Source: Laetmonice hystrix (Eukaryota). From it: a stretch of 60,000 bases of DNA. The stretch is from positions 40,426,001 to 40,486,000 of the forward strand of contig OZ249436.1 in assembly GCA_965235115.1 (NCBI GenBank), read 5' to 3'. The notes beneath the pieces are model-generated. The model had not been told where the DNA came from and searched no databases. It saw only the letters and a list, made by a program, of their open reading frames with translations. This document shows, one piece after another, positions 1-13,783 of the stretch. The position numbers and the translations under genes were made by a program. Every line of letters begins with the position of its first letter. Position 1 is the stretch's first letter.

Positions 1-677
1 TTCCTGTAGAAGGCAGCTGGCGTGAAGCCACATGAACAACGATCATAGCTCAAGGGTCACCGTTTTTACCATGTTCACCAAGAGCAGCGTATTTTCATGT
101 AATAATCGCCAATTGGTTTTCATAACGATTACGTGGCATCATCTAGTTCACTAAAAGCACTTCTTCAAAACTGGCATTGGGACTTATAGTCACTATGATC
201 CTGCAGATTACGGGAATTGGTTATTCCTTTCCGATTCTCACTTTTATAGCTCGTTATCGACTCCCGAGACGTAAATTGGGGTTGATCTTTTTAAAATCAC
301 AATGAAACGAAGTCGGAGAGGAGATAACTAACTTTATTCTGGTGGAGCACAGATTCTCGTATGTAGAAGCGACAGTGAGACTGTGTGGGTATGTAAAAAG
401 GGAATGATGCTATAGAAACATCATTGAGATGAATTGATCTTGATCGGTTCCATTCCACAATTCCCAGGGTACTGATCTGTGAAAACCTTGAAACCATCTT
501 TGGTTTCAATGTAGATATTAGCCGGATTTAAATTCGTCGTCTAAAGGGTATAGAACTGAAAGCCCTGATCCACCTGGCCGGATTGGCGTGGTGAAAATAG
601 AGACCAGATGTTGGACAGGCAGACTTGGGAGGTCGCAAACTCGCTGGTTGCCATCTGTTACCGGCACTGCTGGCCGG

Positions 678-762
678 GGCCAGGGACTAGACCATGGGCC
701 TGGCAGGCCAGGGACTAGACCATGGGCCTGGCAGGCCAGGGACTAGACCATGGACCTGGCCA
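678..762. repeat. 28-bp tandem repeat, about 3 copies
   Basis: Unit GGCCAGGGACTAGACCATGGGCCTGGCA read three times in a row, the last copy slightly diverged. Confidence 0.9.
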
Positions 763-3700
763 GCCTAGGGTGGCTAAATGAAGACGGGAGAGCTGGGTGT
801 GCAATGGCCTCAATTGCCAACGCAGCGGTAATTGAATGAAGCCAAGACACGTAGGGATAGTACCAGTCCTTGTAGCAAATTGCGAACTAGGTTAAATACA
901 TTTTACAAGGTGGCAGTAGTGTGTCCGTAGCTGGTTCTTGACTTCAATTATCTGGCCCGGCCCATATTACGGAGCTTGTTGCATGATAAAGGGAAAAGAT
1001 TTCGCCCCATTATCTGGCTGAAGACGTCAGTTTGAACGTGTTTGAGATGTTTTGTTGAAGTCCTCCCTCCTTCTCCGAAGTCATGTTCTGGGTAGATAGG
1101 TTTTCGGGTAATGGAAGTTGGCGAATTGGTTATCTAGGCAAGTGCCTACTTACTTGGGGCCTTGGAAGTATGGCCAAGGATGTGGGCGGAACACATTAGT
1201 TGGTCCTAAACAAATTAATGGAAATCAGTGTTAGCACAGGATTGAGAGGAAGTGATGAGGCAGAGATGGTCATCCTACATGGAAAACCTAGGAACTGGAC
1301 TTGGATCTCATGTAATACGGTCAGTTGACCGACTTCCTTGAAACAAGAAACGTGTCATAAATAACCTTGTTTATTTATAGAAATAAAGGCACATTCTGTG
1401 TTACCAGACCAGAGATACCTTTCAAGATGTCCACAGAAGAATTAAACACCCAATATCCAAGACCTTGTACATTCCGAAAATGAGAAGGAAGGGGGGGGGG
1501 GGTCGGACTGATTTTTAGGAAAGGCACTTTTGATTCACATGATAATACTTGGAGGAGGGGTGGGTGGGTGGCGGCGTTTCATCTCACCTTCTCATTGAGA
1601 GTGTAGCAGTACCCTAATACTGATAATAATTAAACAACAAAAGGTTTAAAATAACAGAAAAATCGCAGCCTAACATTAGCTCCACCATAAAGACTGAATC
1701 CACTATGCAATGTTGTTTGCTATCGAATCGCAATATTCATTTTGATTGTCCAGAACTTATGGCTATGGTGGTGTATGTGTTTAGGTAATTGGTGTTTTTT
1801 TAATCAGTCGCCAGCCTCCCCAAGTTTTGCGTCCCTGATATAAAATATTTTGTTTAATGTCATCATTCCCTGTCTTTCCGGGAAGTATGCAGTCGAGTAT
1901 GCTGAAACCGTTGCCTGGCTTCTCGGACTTGACGATTGTCATGCCTGCCGCCTCCCAGGTACTAATGAGAAATCCCAATCCACGGCCTTCCATATCCGTC
2001 TCTCAGCAAGGAAATCTCACCAAGCTCATTACCACCGAAGGCTATTAATAGAAACGTGCCTGAGGTCTTCGTCAGAACTCCCGCGAGTGGGGAACGTCAG
2101 CAGTTCGACGTTAAAGCAATCAACGATCTCTCGTTTCCATGACTGTGAAATGATGACATGGGCTGTTAGGTTAGATAATGCGGTAGACTACGTAAATTAA
2201 TGTATACCCACAGAAATGGAAATAGCTAATGGAATTCAACATTCCAGTTGCTTGTTGTCGCTATGGAGCGATCGGCTTATGGCTGGTTGTTGACAAAATT
2301 GTTGACCTGGCATTGACTTGAACAGTCAGTGGAATTCATCGGACGATGAACCAGTGAATTTCATTGATTGCTTTAAGTGCTTCTGGAATTTGACGGATAG
2401 ACGCCCAGTTTTGGAAGGTTATAGAGTATAAATGAAGTGTGCAGGTTAGTTTTGTGATATTATTGAAAAACAATATTACTATTGATTTTGATGCCATTTC
2501 AGGTTATAGGGAGTCGTTTTCATAGTGAACTCGGTTTTCCATTGATTTTGTCTGTGTGGTATTGACATTCAAAAGTTAAAACAAAAAATTCGGTGTGAGA
2601 TAGAAATATGTCCATGAAATATTCATTTGACAGTCAACCAGAGTAGCACAGTGACATTGAATTATTGAAACATTGCTCTTCTAACCAGCTAACTTCACTG
2701 AAAATATGCACTAAAACTTGGTGATGTCCCTGGGAGCGTAGAGACCATCTCGTACACATGTGGCCATTATGAAGGACAACACAACCAGTTCTACCCGTGG
2801 ACTGCCCAGTGACGGTCTCTGGTGGCTACAACTAGATACCACCAGACCCCGGAAATAATAGACTTAGGGATGGCACCCATTGCGTGCTGGTAGGCGGGAG
2901 GAGCGGGAGGGGTCCAGCGTGGGGACTGCTTCACACAGATAGGACGGTCCCATGCCAGCCGGGGTCAGACTCGGTCCAGCGTCCTGTCTAAACAAGACCA
3001 GTCCTCACCACTGCTCTACCACCAGTACTGCCGACTGGTCTGCCCACAGTGATACCGACTGTCCGACAATGAGTGCAAGTCGGCCGGTGCAGCCACTTCT
3101 GGCTTCGAACCAGTTACCGTGCCTTTCAGTCCGTACGATTATTCAATAAGCTTCAGGGAATGTCAGGCGGTATTTCCACATCGTCTACTCCACTCTCCTT
3201 AAGGATTTTTTTTTTGTAGCCAGTTTGTGGATTTTGTAGAATGGGATTTTGGAGAATACATACTAGGGAGGAGTGGTCACATTGATAACAATAGACGCTC
3301 GTATATCGCACTGCGTATTGTTACCACATTTATTGGTCATTATTATGTGACGAAATGATAGTGGCACAAGCTGTTGTCTTCCCTTCTGCCATATATTCAG
3401 ATTGTAACTGCAGCGCGGGCCCATTAACGCAAGAAGCACTCGGGAGATGTTGAAATGAAAAGAACAAATGGCTTCGTTCAGCTGAGTACTGGTAGTGGTA
3501 GCCTAGGTTGGGAGGTGTTTCAACTCTTCACCTTACCGCAGAAATAGACAGCATTCAGAACATGAAACGGCAAGAGAAGGTTTCTGGCCACAATGTGCTC
3601 GATGACTTTTTCTGCTCATTGACATTTCAGATTATAGGCATTTTCCATGGTGCTGTGTTAATAGACTGATCGACACAAAATATTTTGGCCAAGAGGAACA

Positions 3701-5806
3701 TATCAATGAAATCGAAAACACACCATAGTAGCTCATCTGTCGCAATGTCTCTGGTATGTTTTTAAAAAATAGTATGTTCAATCATCGAGAGAACAATTCT
3801 AGTAACTAAGTTTGATTGATCGCTTATGTCTAAACAGAGATGCGTAAAGAGGGATCTGGAAAATTCATCAGAATCGATCAGAAAATTATTTTGCTGACAT
3901 GCCAGGATGGAAAAATATGTTCGTTGGTGTGCTTTGAGAAGAAGTGAATACGATGAGTCTGTGTTTAATGGATTCCGAGGCCGTAAAGATACAGCGAATT
4001 AATCCGTGTGATTGCGTGAACTGGTCAGACAGTATGAAGCGCAGTGCTCGCCGGCCCCAGTGTGAAGTGGCGTGACTGCTGACAGATAGGATTCATCTCC
4101 ATTCAGTCACGTGACTAGGTCTTCACCCGCCGTGGTTCCTGGCAAGAAATTCAATAAACACTGTCAAATGGTGGAATGTAAAAAAATGGTTCAAGCTGAT
4201 CATTGATAGGATTAGGTGCATGTGGAGTTATTGTTAGATTTTTGAAGACAGAAGTGTTCAGTAGCATTAATGTAGTAAGAAGTGGTTCGATGAGCAGGCA
4301 TGTTTTCTTTACGACATTGGCAGAAATGATGGCACCTCGTCTGGGAAAATCTTTGCTTTATTCATGATCGGTGGAAGGTTTTAAGGGCGTATGGCGCAGG
4401 ACTTTCCACTTTGTAGGATCTGGTGGCTTGCCTTTATGCTCGTTTAGAAAGCCGCTTTATGCTATTTCTGTCTGTTTTACAGCAGGAATGAGATGCGATT
4501 GCTGTACCACTCCTTCACGCTCTGTACAACAGGCCCGAGATGTGAAAGATTTGGCAGAGTTTGCGTTTTGTCTGGCACATAAAGTAAGATAGCTAAATTA
4601 AGCTTGACGGTTCCTGCTCAATGCCAGACAGGTATAAATCATCGAGGTCATCTTACAATTGAAAACCAAAATAACCCGTTAAAGTTCCAACCGTCCAGAA
4701 AATAAAGATTTCACAGTTGGCATTCGTGCGACAACTGTAATATTGTCCAACCGCGTGTACTCGGTGGCCTTCCCGGTGGGCAGCTTTTATGCCGAGAAAC
4801 AGCAATACAGTATGCCTGATGGCTTCCTCCTATACACAGCCACCTCCCGATAGTCCTTAGCATCACCGGAAGTGTGATATAATTGCTCCCACTGGAGCGA
4901 ATGGATCGGGTAATACAGGTGGTGATGACGTCATAATGGCCAGGGACCGGCTGGTGGTCAGTCTTACAGAAAGAGGGGCTGTGAGCCGGACAATGGTCAC
5001 AGTGCCACTGACCAACGACGCCTCGAGGGGAGGCATGGCTGCACGTGTTGCAGGCCCTTATAGGTGGGAAATAACAGTTCACGTGCGCCGTCTAGGGAGG
5101 GGTTAGATAAGATCTAGGGAGTATTCAGTCCAAGACTTAATTGATTTATCGGCAGTGAGTGGTCAGAGTCAGGGCACGTCTCCGACGTGTGCACAATTTT
5201 CCAGCCAGGTTTCTTATAGAGCCGGGCAGGGTACATCAATTGAGCGGCCTGTTGATGGTCGCGGTGCGTAGTCGGAGAATGCACGTGCTGCCGTGCCTCG
5301 TTCACCTAACATTGCCACCAATTGGACCTAAGTGCCAGGTCATTGTATATATATGCACAACAGGCTGGGGCCGTGGTCCGAACTGTTGAGTTTTGTAAGG
5401 AGGCCGCGGTCCCGCCTCGGGGATCCCGCCTCGGGGATCCCCTCAGCCCAGACCAGCCTGCCATTGGTGTAAGCCCACCATCGGTAGTGTCCTAACAGCT
5501 TCTGCTGAGAGCTCCGCGGTGGGAGTTGGACTAAAGAAAAGGAGCTGCTTCAATCAATCCATGAAATACGTTGAGGAAATGTTTGAAAGAAGGAATAATG
5601 CAGTTTTGCTCGATCGTTGATTCTGCTCTATCGGTTTCAAATAATTAAAAAACAAAACAAAATTTGCCTAGGTCGGAGGTTATCAGAAATACTAGAAAAC
5701 CAGGAGACCTTGCTACATGACAACATGATCAGATTGTCTCGAAGTACATGAGTTGGTGCAACTATTCTTTACAAATTGGAAATGTGCGTATCACCATAGA
5801 CCTAGA

Positions 5807-5965
5807 GTATCACTAAGCGCGAAAGACGTCTTTGAAATGGTCGCTGAGCCCAAGGAGGTCTTTGCGGCGACAGGTGTTTCACTAACCACCTATTCTTTAA
5901 CATTGGCCCCGCAAAGACGTCTTTCCAAAGACGTCTTTGCTAAAGACGTCTTTCGTTAGTGAAAC
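5807..5965. mobile_element. Small MITE-like element with repeated AAAGACGTCTTT palindromes
   Basis: Left end GTATCACTAAGCGCGAAAGACGTCTTT is an imperfect inverted match to right end AAAGACGTCTTTCGTTAGTGAAAC. The 12-bp palindrome occurs at 5822, 5913, 5927 and 5942. No clear TSD. Confidence 0.55.
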
Positions 5966-8460
5966 GCAGTTTCATCCAGGATTTCCCAAGTGGAATCTGA
6001 GGACCGTTACTGGCAGTGTGGCCCCTTGGGAAGCGGCACTGGTAATAACATGGCCCTTGGTAATACCTTTGATAGTTTTAATGTGGTTCAATTATATTCA
6101 GATTTACAGACCGCGTTTACAGTTTTTGCCTGAAGTCCTGCGTGTCCTTGACTAATTAGGTCTGGCCAGTGTTATTGTGGACCACAAAAGGGCAATGGGC
6201 GGCACAGGAACACTGTCGTTTCCTTCGCACTCAGGAATGACTGTATGGTGGGCCGGTCGTGCATTATTGGCAAGTATGCCCGGGAGCCACTCTCCTAAAT
6301 GATGCCAGTGCCGGAGCTGTGGTTGTAATCTTCAACGAGCGACAACTTTGAGCGCCACCAAGCATGTTTCCGTCCCCTGGCTCCATTATCTCCGCTTCCA
6401 GCAACAAACTTCTAATTTGCCAAACCACTCCGAGGGACAGTTTCACAAATATTTGCTGCCTAATTTCACAACGGCGTCTTGAGGGCTGGGAAGGGTGGAC
6501 AGAAGGGGCGGATCATAGCGGTGACATTTGATTTGAGTGTGTGGTTAGAGACTGGGAGAGAGGGCCGAGGGATTGCTCTGTTTGCCGTCCGTAATGATGC
6601 GGTTGGTTTCAGGCTACAGTGGAACATGTCTGCGAGTCCGACTTCGATACGGACGCAGGCTATACGAGTAATAATGTGAACAACAAAACAGACAGACGGA
6701 GAATTGCAGAAGGCATGTGGCTTCTCATTATCCTTATTGAATGCAGCACCTATTTAAAGAATATAGAATAGTAGTCCAGGTAAACCAGAGAAGCCGCAGA
6801 AGTGATATGCTCATTTTATCCGATGGAAGTCGGCATTTTATCTTCCTATTAATACAATTAAAGGAAGTTTATATTTGAAACGCCAGGAGACTTTTAAACA
6901 ACCTTTTTTCGCCGCGCAGTAAATCGAGTTTATCGTAGCACCAAAATGCGATGGTCCACTGTCCAAAGGTGAGGCAATTTTCTCTTATGATGATTATAGT
7001 TTAATGGGATTTCTGCTAGATAAGCTCTGTTAAACAGACAACTTTTCTTTGGCTGTTTGTGGTTGGCTTGGACAAATAAAACACTCCCTTTTTTAGCAGC
7101 TGAAGACCAGCGAAATTTGCGTATTATTTCCAGGATGTGGGAGTCGCTGAACAATGGTAATCACAGTAAATATTCCGTCTGAGATAATTGAATGTTCTTA
7201 CTTGGATATTGGCCTGCGATCCTACTGAACTATCCTGTCAAGGAATTTACGATGTGCCCATGCAAGCTACATCAGTAGACAAGCTACATCAGTACACGTA
7301 ATGCTCACAGAATGAATGGGTTCTCGGTGGCTTGACGTCCCCGAGGTATCAAAGGCTATACCATTAACGCGAAAAATATGCTACACATGATGGTTAAAGG
7401 ATGGTTGAAGGACCCTGAACCACATCTCTTAACTGTCCACATTTTGTTACAGTCGCCGGTGATCTGTCCTAATCTTTACGTGTACATGTGTGTAGGGCCA
7501 GTTGGGCCTGTGTAGGGCGAGGTGGGCCCTGTCCATCATTGTGCCTCGTCATGTCGAGTTCGTCCGTCAGCCTCTTGGCTTTGAAAGCTGGAACACTGAT
7601 GACACTGTCTTACGTAGGGATTGCAATGGTAGAGATTCCGTAACTACACAGACAGTCTTGCGGCAATTACCCGTCTAGTATGTGATTCCTTTCGTAAGTT
7701 TTAGTGGCAGGAATTTGTGCAGTTCAATGATGTTGAAAGTGTAGAATGACCAAATTGCACTTCCACGCCAAATTAGAGCGTTTTGGCCCGTGCTTCGAAA
7801 AATTGACAGGGACTGCCGTTATGAGGTTGTTGGGTGCCATTCTTTTACCAATTAGATCGAATCAGCTTCATTCATACAAGTGTACATCTACATAATGAGA
7901 ATCTTCTCTTAACAATCGTCCTAGATTAGCTTGCCAGCTGATCTTTTTAAAAGGAAAGGTTTCCTTGTGAAAGAACATGTAGAGATGCCAATGGTTCGGT
8001 CCGCGCCCACTTTCTACAAGACTAAAGCGATGTTCATCTTTTTTTTCCATCTGGGCCCGGGATTGTTTAGGACTGTTTCTTGTCCCATCAAACGTGTCAT
8101 TGTCCTACAGAATGTGAACGGATGAGCATAAAAAGCAGCGTCACTGCATGCCGTATGGGTAACCACTACATTATAGTGCCACTATAATATAATAATCCAG
8201 CTCTGTGCCTCTGAGGTGGCCTTTAAGAAAGCGGTGCTGCTCTTCATACTCCAAGGAAGCTAACGCGTGAGAATTTGTTATTAATGTCGTGCCGGACAGG
8301 CAATACTCGTACCTGTGTGAAATAATTCTACAGCCACTACTGGGACTGTTCCTGCCAGTGTCGTAATCGTGAACTTTCTAATCATCTTTCATAAGGAGAA
8401 AACCAAGGTATGAAATTGAGTCCTCAATAGCTTGGAGAAACTGAGAATACCGACTGTAAA

Positions 8461-9657
8461 GGAAATCATCAACTTACTCTATACATGTAGGAGATCATCA
8501 ACGTACTCTATACATGTAGGAGATCATCAACGTACTCTATACATGTAGGAGATCAGCTTACTCTATACATGTAGGAGATCAGCTTACTCTATACATGTAG
8601 GAGATCAGCTTACTCTATACATGTAGGAGATCATCAACTTACTCTATACATGTAGGAGATCATCAACGTACTCTATACATGTAGGAGATCATCAACGTAC
8701 TCTATACATGTAGGAGATCATCAACTTACTCTATACATGTAGGAGATCATCAACTTACTCTATACATGTAGGAGATCATCAACTTACTCTATACATGTAG
8801 GAGATCATCAACTTACTCTATACATGTAGGGGATCATCAACGTACTCTATACATGTAGGAGATCATCAACTTACTCTATACATGTAGGAGATCATCAACT
8901 TACTCTATACATGTAGGAGATCATCAACTTACTACGGTAGGAGATCATCAACTTACTCTATACATGTAGGAGATCATCAACTTACTCTATACATGTAGGA
9001 GATCATCAACTTACTCTATACATGTAGGAGATCATCAACGCACTCTATACATGTAGGAGATCATCAACGTACTCTATACATGTAGGAGATCATCAACGCA
9101 CTCTATACATGTAGGAGATCATCAACGTACTCTATACATGTAGGAGATCATCAACTTACTCTATACATGTAGGGGATCATCAACTTACTCTATACATGTA
9201 GGAGATCATCACCTTACTCTATACATGTAGGAGATCATCAACGCACTCTATACATGTAGGAGATCATCAACTTACTCTATACATGTAGGGGATCATCAAC
9301 TTACTCTATACATGTAGGAGATCATCAACTTACTCTATACATGTAGGAGATCATCAACGTACTCTATACATGTAGGAGATCATCAACGTACTCTATACAT
9401 GTAGGAGATCATCAACGTACTCTATACATGTAGGAGATCATCAACTTACTCTATACATGTAGGAGATCATCAACGTACTCTATACATGTAGATCATCAAC
9501 TTACTCTATACATGTAGGAGATCATCAACTTACTCTATACATGTAGGAGATCATCAACGTACTCTATACATGTAGGAGATCATCAACGTACTCTATACAT
9601 GTAGGAGATCATCAACTTACTCTATACATGTAGGAGATCAACTTACTCTATACATGT
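8461..9657. repeat. 29-bp minisatellite, about 41 copies
   Basis: Unit ATCATCAAC(T/G)TACTCTATACATGTAGGAG, near-identical copies, a few shortened by 4 bp. Confidence 0.97.
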
Positions 9658-10526
9658 GGGATAACACACGGGTCAGTTTATTCCCTCGCTTTTTGGCTGC
9701 GAGTATGATGGCGGGGGCGGTGCTCTTTGTATCTTTGCTATGGAGTCTTTCTATGAGGCATTATTTTGATATTTTGAGAGAATGGAGTACACAGACAATA
9801 TAGCTGGTCCTTGTAAAAGATGGTTTTTGTCTGCAGCCACGAAGCGGAAACAAAGACATTTGCCGTTTCAAAGATATAGGCGTACATGTACATGATGTAC
9901 ATAGACGTGTCTGCATGTATTGTAGTACATATTCATCCTCCACTTTGTATATGGTCGCTGGAGAAATTAACAAGTGAAATGATAAAAGGTTTGCTCCAGC
10001 CGGAGGTTAGGTGTCCTTTCTACATCGGACAATAAAATTCTGTTTATAGAAGGCTAGCCCCAGAGAAACGTACTTTTCTTACATTGCGCCCCTTTGCAGT
10101 CGCTGCTCCTCATAGCATATTGAAGATAAATGATGAATTCCTGGCTTTATTAAGTCGGTCTCACATGGAGCTTTTATCCCTGGTCTAAATTTAGACCGAT
10201 GGAGTAGTTTGACCATTGACCCAATATGACAGTAGCGGACGATGACCGGGAATCCGGGACTCGGTGACGGAGACGGACGAGGGAGGCCGCCCCACTAACT
10301 CGGTCGTACCAATCCTCCTAGCGGTACACTGAGGAACGAATGGAAGGAGCTGCAGCAGCACAAATTAGCAGCAAGCCGACGCCAATACCACCCTTGTGAA
10401 CTAACGCTACGGCAGCAGTACTTGGAAAAGTACATGGTATTATCCAGGACTAGGATTGCCTGGTAGTCAGGCGTTACTGATGAGTCGATCCTGGAGGTAT
10501 TTGACAGAAGGGACCTATTAAGTAGA

Positions 10527-10924
10527 CCATTGGGTAGATACGCATAAACCATTGGTTGAGACGCATAAACCGTTGGTTGAGTAGATACCCGTTGACCATT
10601 GGTTGAGTAGATACGCATAAACCATTGGTTGAGTACGCATTGACCATTGGTTGAGTAGATATGCAGAAACCATTGGTTGAGTAGATACCCATTGACCATT
10701 GGTTGAGTAGATACGCATAAACCATTGGTTGAGTAGATACGCATAAACCATTGGTTGAGTAGATACTCATAAACCATTAGTTGAGTAGATACCCATTGAC
10801 CATTGGTTGAGTAGATACGCATAAACCATTGGTTGAGTAGATACGCATAAACCATTGGTTGAGTAGATACTCATAAACCATTAGTTGAGTAGATACGCAT
10901 TGACCATTGGTTGAGTAGATACGC
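10527..10924. repeat. 26-bp minisatellite, about 15 copies
   Basis: Unit CCATTGGTTGAGTAGATACGCATAAA with CCCATTGA/CTCATAAA variants. It explains the repetitive ORFs at 10295-10855. Confidence 0.95.
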
Positions 10925-13783
10925 AGACAAGTATTATTGGCCGTCATTGACTGTGAATGAGACCTAGTCGTTAGAGTAGTCGTTAGTATTACATTAGTCC
11001 AACTGTGATGGTTCTCACTACTGTTTTTATTTTATCATCTCCCACATTTTGACTCTACTAAAGGGGACTTTAATCAAATTCTAAGATTAAAGGGGGTTTC
11101 TTAGGCCGACTTTATAATCGTCACCACCCCCCACCCCCCTTGTCGCCAATCAGAAGCATGTGCATGCTATAAATCACGACAGAAACTGGGAGAGATGAAA
11201 CCCTGGACAGGAAGTGTACTCACTCAAACACTAATTGCAGTTGAAAACAGCGCGTCTTCCCATTGTGCTCGACGACCACCCCGTGATCTCGTATATCAGT
11301 CTTGTTTACACGTGCCTTTACTTACGGATAGCTCCTTACATAGCTTCCTGCACGAGTACCATCATAGTTTTCACAGGAATCAAAATGTTCTGAAGATAAT
11401 GGCGCCTGTCCTGCTTTCGTAAACGGGGACATGACAGTATACAGGGTACCTGCGTTAGCATGGCTGTAGGGATATAGGAGTCTACGGTGCGTGATAAAAA
11501 AAGTAGAGAGTCTAGGGATTGAGGGCATCCCATGCAACATTGATAACATGCTTTTATCTTGTTACAAAGAACATCAGATGGGAATGCTTGGCATTCAGCC
11601 CCCCGCCTACCGTGCATAAGGCTCGCATGGTAAGGGAACCGCTGGGGTTTCAGCATAACATATACTTTCTCGGGCCTCCAACACGCACGTCCGTAGGTAT
11701 ACATCATAGGGGTGTATATGCAATGAATGCCCAGCATCATCATTGCCATCAGCAGTATGTTCTAATAGAAGCCACTGATCTCCCGATTATTATAGCACGC
11801 TGACATCCGAACAGGCCATCTCACAACGCTGCTTGGAGATTTTCGTTTTTGTGATTATTAGGGTTGAGAGTGTGGGTTTGTATATATGTTCCAGAGTGTG
11901 CACTAATATCCTGTTTATTTATAGATGCCGCCAATAGAAAGGCAGTTCATGCGTTCTACAGATGAAATATGTTGGCCCGTTGGTCGTCAGCTTGCCATGT
12001 CAGTCATACAGTACTGCTGTGACAATGGTGTTTTCCTAATATTCCTGTTTCAAACTCGGTTTTTAATAATTTCCTATCAGAGAAAAGTTCAGAAGGTTAT
12101 TCATAAAAAAACACAAGCAATAATAGTGCTTTGTATGACGAGAGAAGAAGTAACTGGAGGCGTTCTTTCGGTGGCTGACGGCAATATGTTGTGTATTTCG
12201 AGTCAGCCTAAAAGCATTAAAGTCTTTATTTTTTTCATTTATCAAAAGTCCTTTCTGATACGCACAAGATCAGTCATCTTCCCTGAGTCTAAAAGGGGAA
12301 AATAATTGGAAAACGGTCAACCAATATTTTTAAGAGCGTGGTTTGTTCATAGACACTGATATTTCAAACCCATGACAAATGGCGATCATGACTTCAATGA
12401 CGTACGGACATGTCCTAATGCTACTCCTGAGACGTAGGCCGTGCATGTTGGCAGATTCTCTGTATATATCTGTGGCTATTTTTGCTTTACATGCTTTACA
12501 ATGTCCACGATCAAGACGACTGCCATATTCTTGTTCCATTACTTACGTTTCTATCCTGGCCGGATGGCTACATCGGTCCAGCCTGTTACAGTTGTAAAGG
12601 GTTGTCATTATCGCCCATCTGCGTTAAGCAGGACGGATGATACGAGCCAGGCACCGGCCGTTTGTGGGTATCGTTTTTCATTGGGAGGCCTCGGTTAACA
12701 TGGCGGACAGTATTCTCCACGTAAGAAGACAGATTAGTCAGGCAGATATGTGAAAGAATTGTGCATTTTGTCATAAAAGCATGAAACTTGGCAGAGTTAT
12801 AGACAATGGTCCAAAGAATAATTCCAGAATTGGCGCCAACCCAAAATATTAATTTCACAGCCTTGGCGGCCATTTTAAAAATGGCCGCCCCCAAAATATT
12901 AGCAATTCCATTAATTTTCTATAGTTACAAGGTCTCTTGATAGTTTCACAATCTATGGGCCACCCTAAAGCATTTTTCTGATTGGCTGTCTTCAAGAGCA
13001 CCCTGGGCAACGTTTTAAATATGCAAATTAAGGTCGCCATTACCGAAATAGCTATATCCTTCAATAACTTTGGAATTATACAGCCGATTGCGATGGAAAT
13101 GGTGTCTAGGTCCAGGTTTTCTAGGTCAAGGATTACGATAAAGGCATTTTAAAATTTGTACGCAAAGTAATTATGCAAATGACAGCCGCCATTACAAAAA
13201 ATCTGACTTCGGTCAATATCTTTTTAACTGTTTGCCATATTTTGTAAAGGATGTCATGTAGACCCAGGTTTACAAGGTCAAGGTATATGAAAAATGTACT
13301 TTCAGATTTGTTCAAAGTTAAATTATGCAAATTTGGACCGCCATTACCGAAAGTTTGACTTTGGTCAATATTTTTATAATGGGTTGTGTTAATTTGTAAA
13401 GGATCTCATCTAGACCCGGGTTTGCAAGGTCAAGGTATACGAGAAAGGTACTTCTTTTCAAGTCAGCCATATTGTTGTAAAACAATCATGCATTTTTCCA
13501 TACAAGCATGAAACTTTGCAGACTTTATTAGACTATGGTTCAATGATTAATTCCAGAATTTGGGTCGACCCAAAATATTAATTCTTGGCAGCTATTTTAA
13601 AACTGGCCGTCCCATAATATAAGCAACAAAGGTAGAGTGGATTTACTTTGTAGCAAATCGCTATTCCAAATGTCCGTTTTACAGAATATTATCCATAGAA
13701 ATCCAGATTACTGTATGAAGGATTGACATTGACAACTCGGAAAATAGTTGAATGATGTTCTTATCCTTTACCAAATTGCCTTT

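Noticed and set aside
4483..4583. Candidate internal exon (TTTTACAG ... GTAAGA, one open frame)
   Set aside because: Good-looking splice sites, but an unrecognisable peptide and no corroborating neighbours.
12700..12726. Possible first coding exon AAC-ATG-GCG (MADSILH) followed by GTAAGA
   Set aside because: Too short to support, and its phase does not join directly to the 26781 exon. It could be chance.
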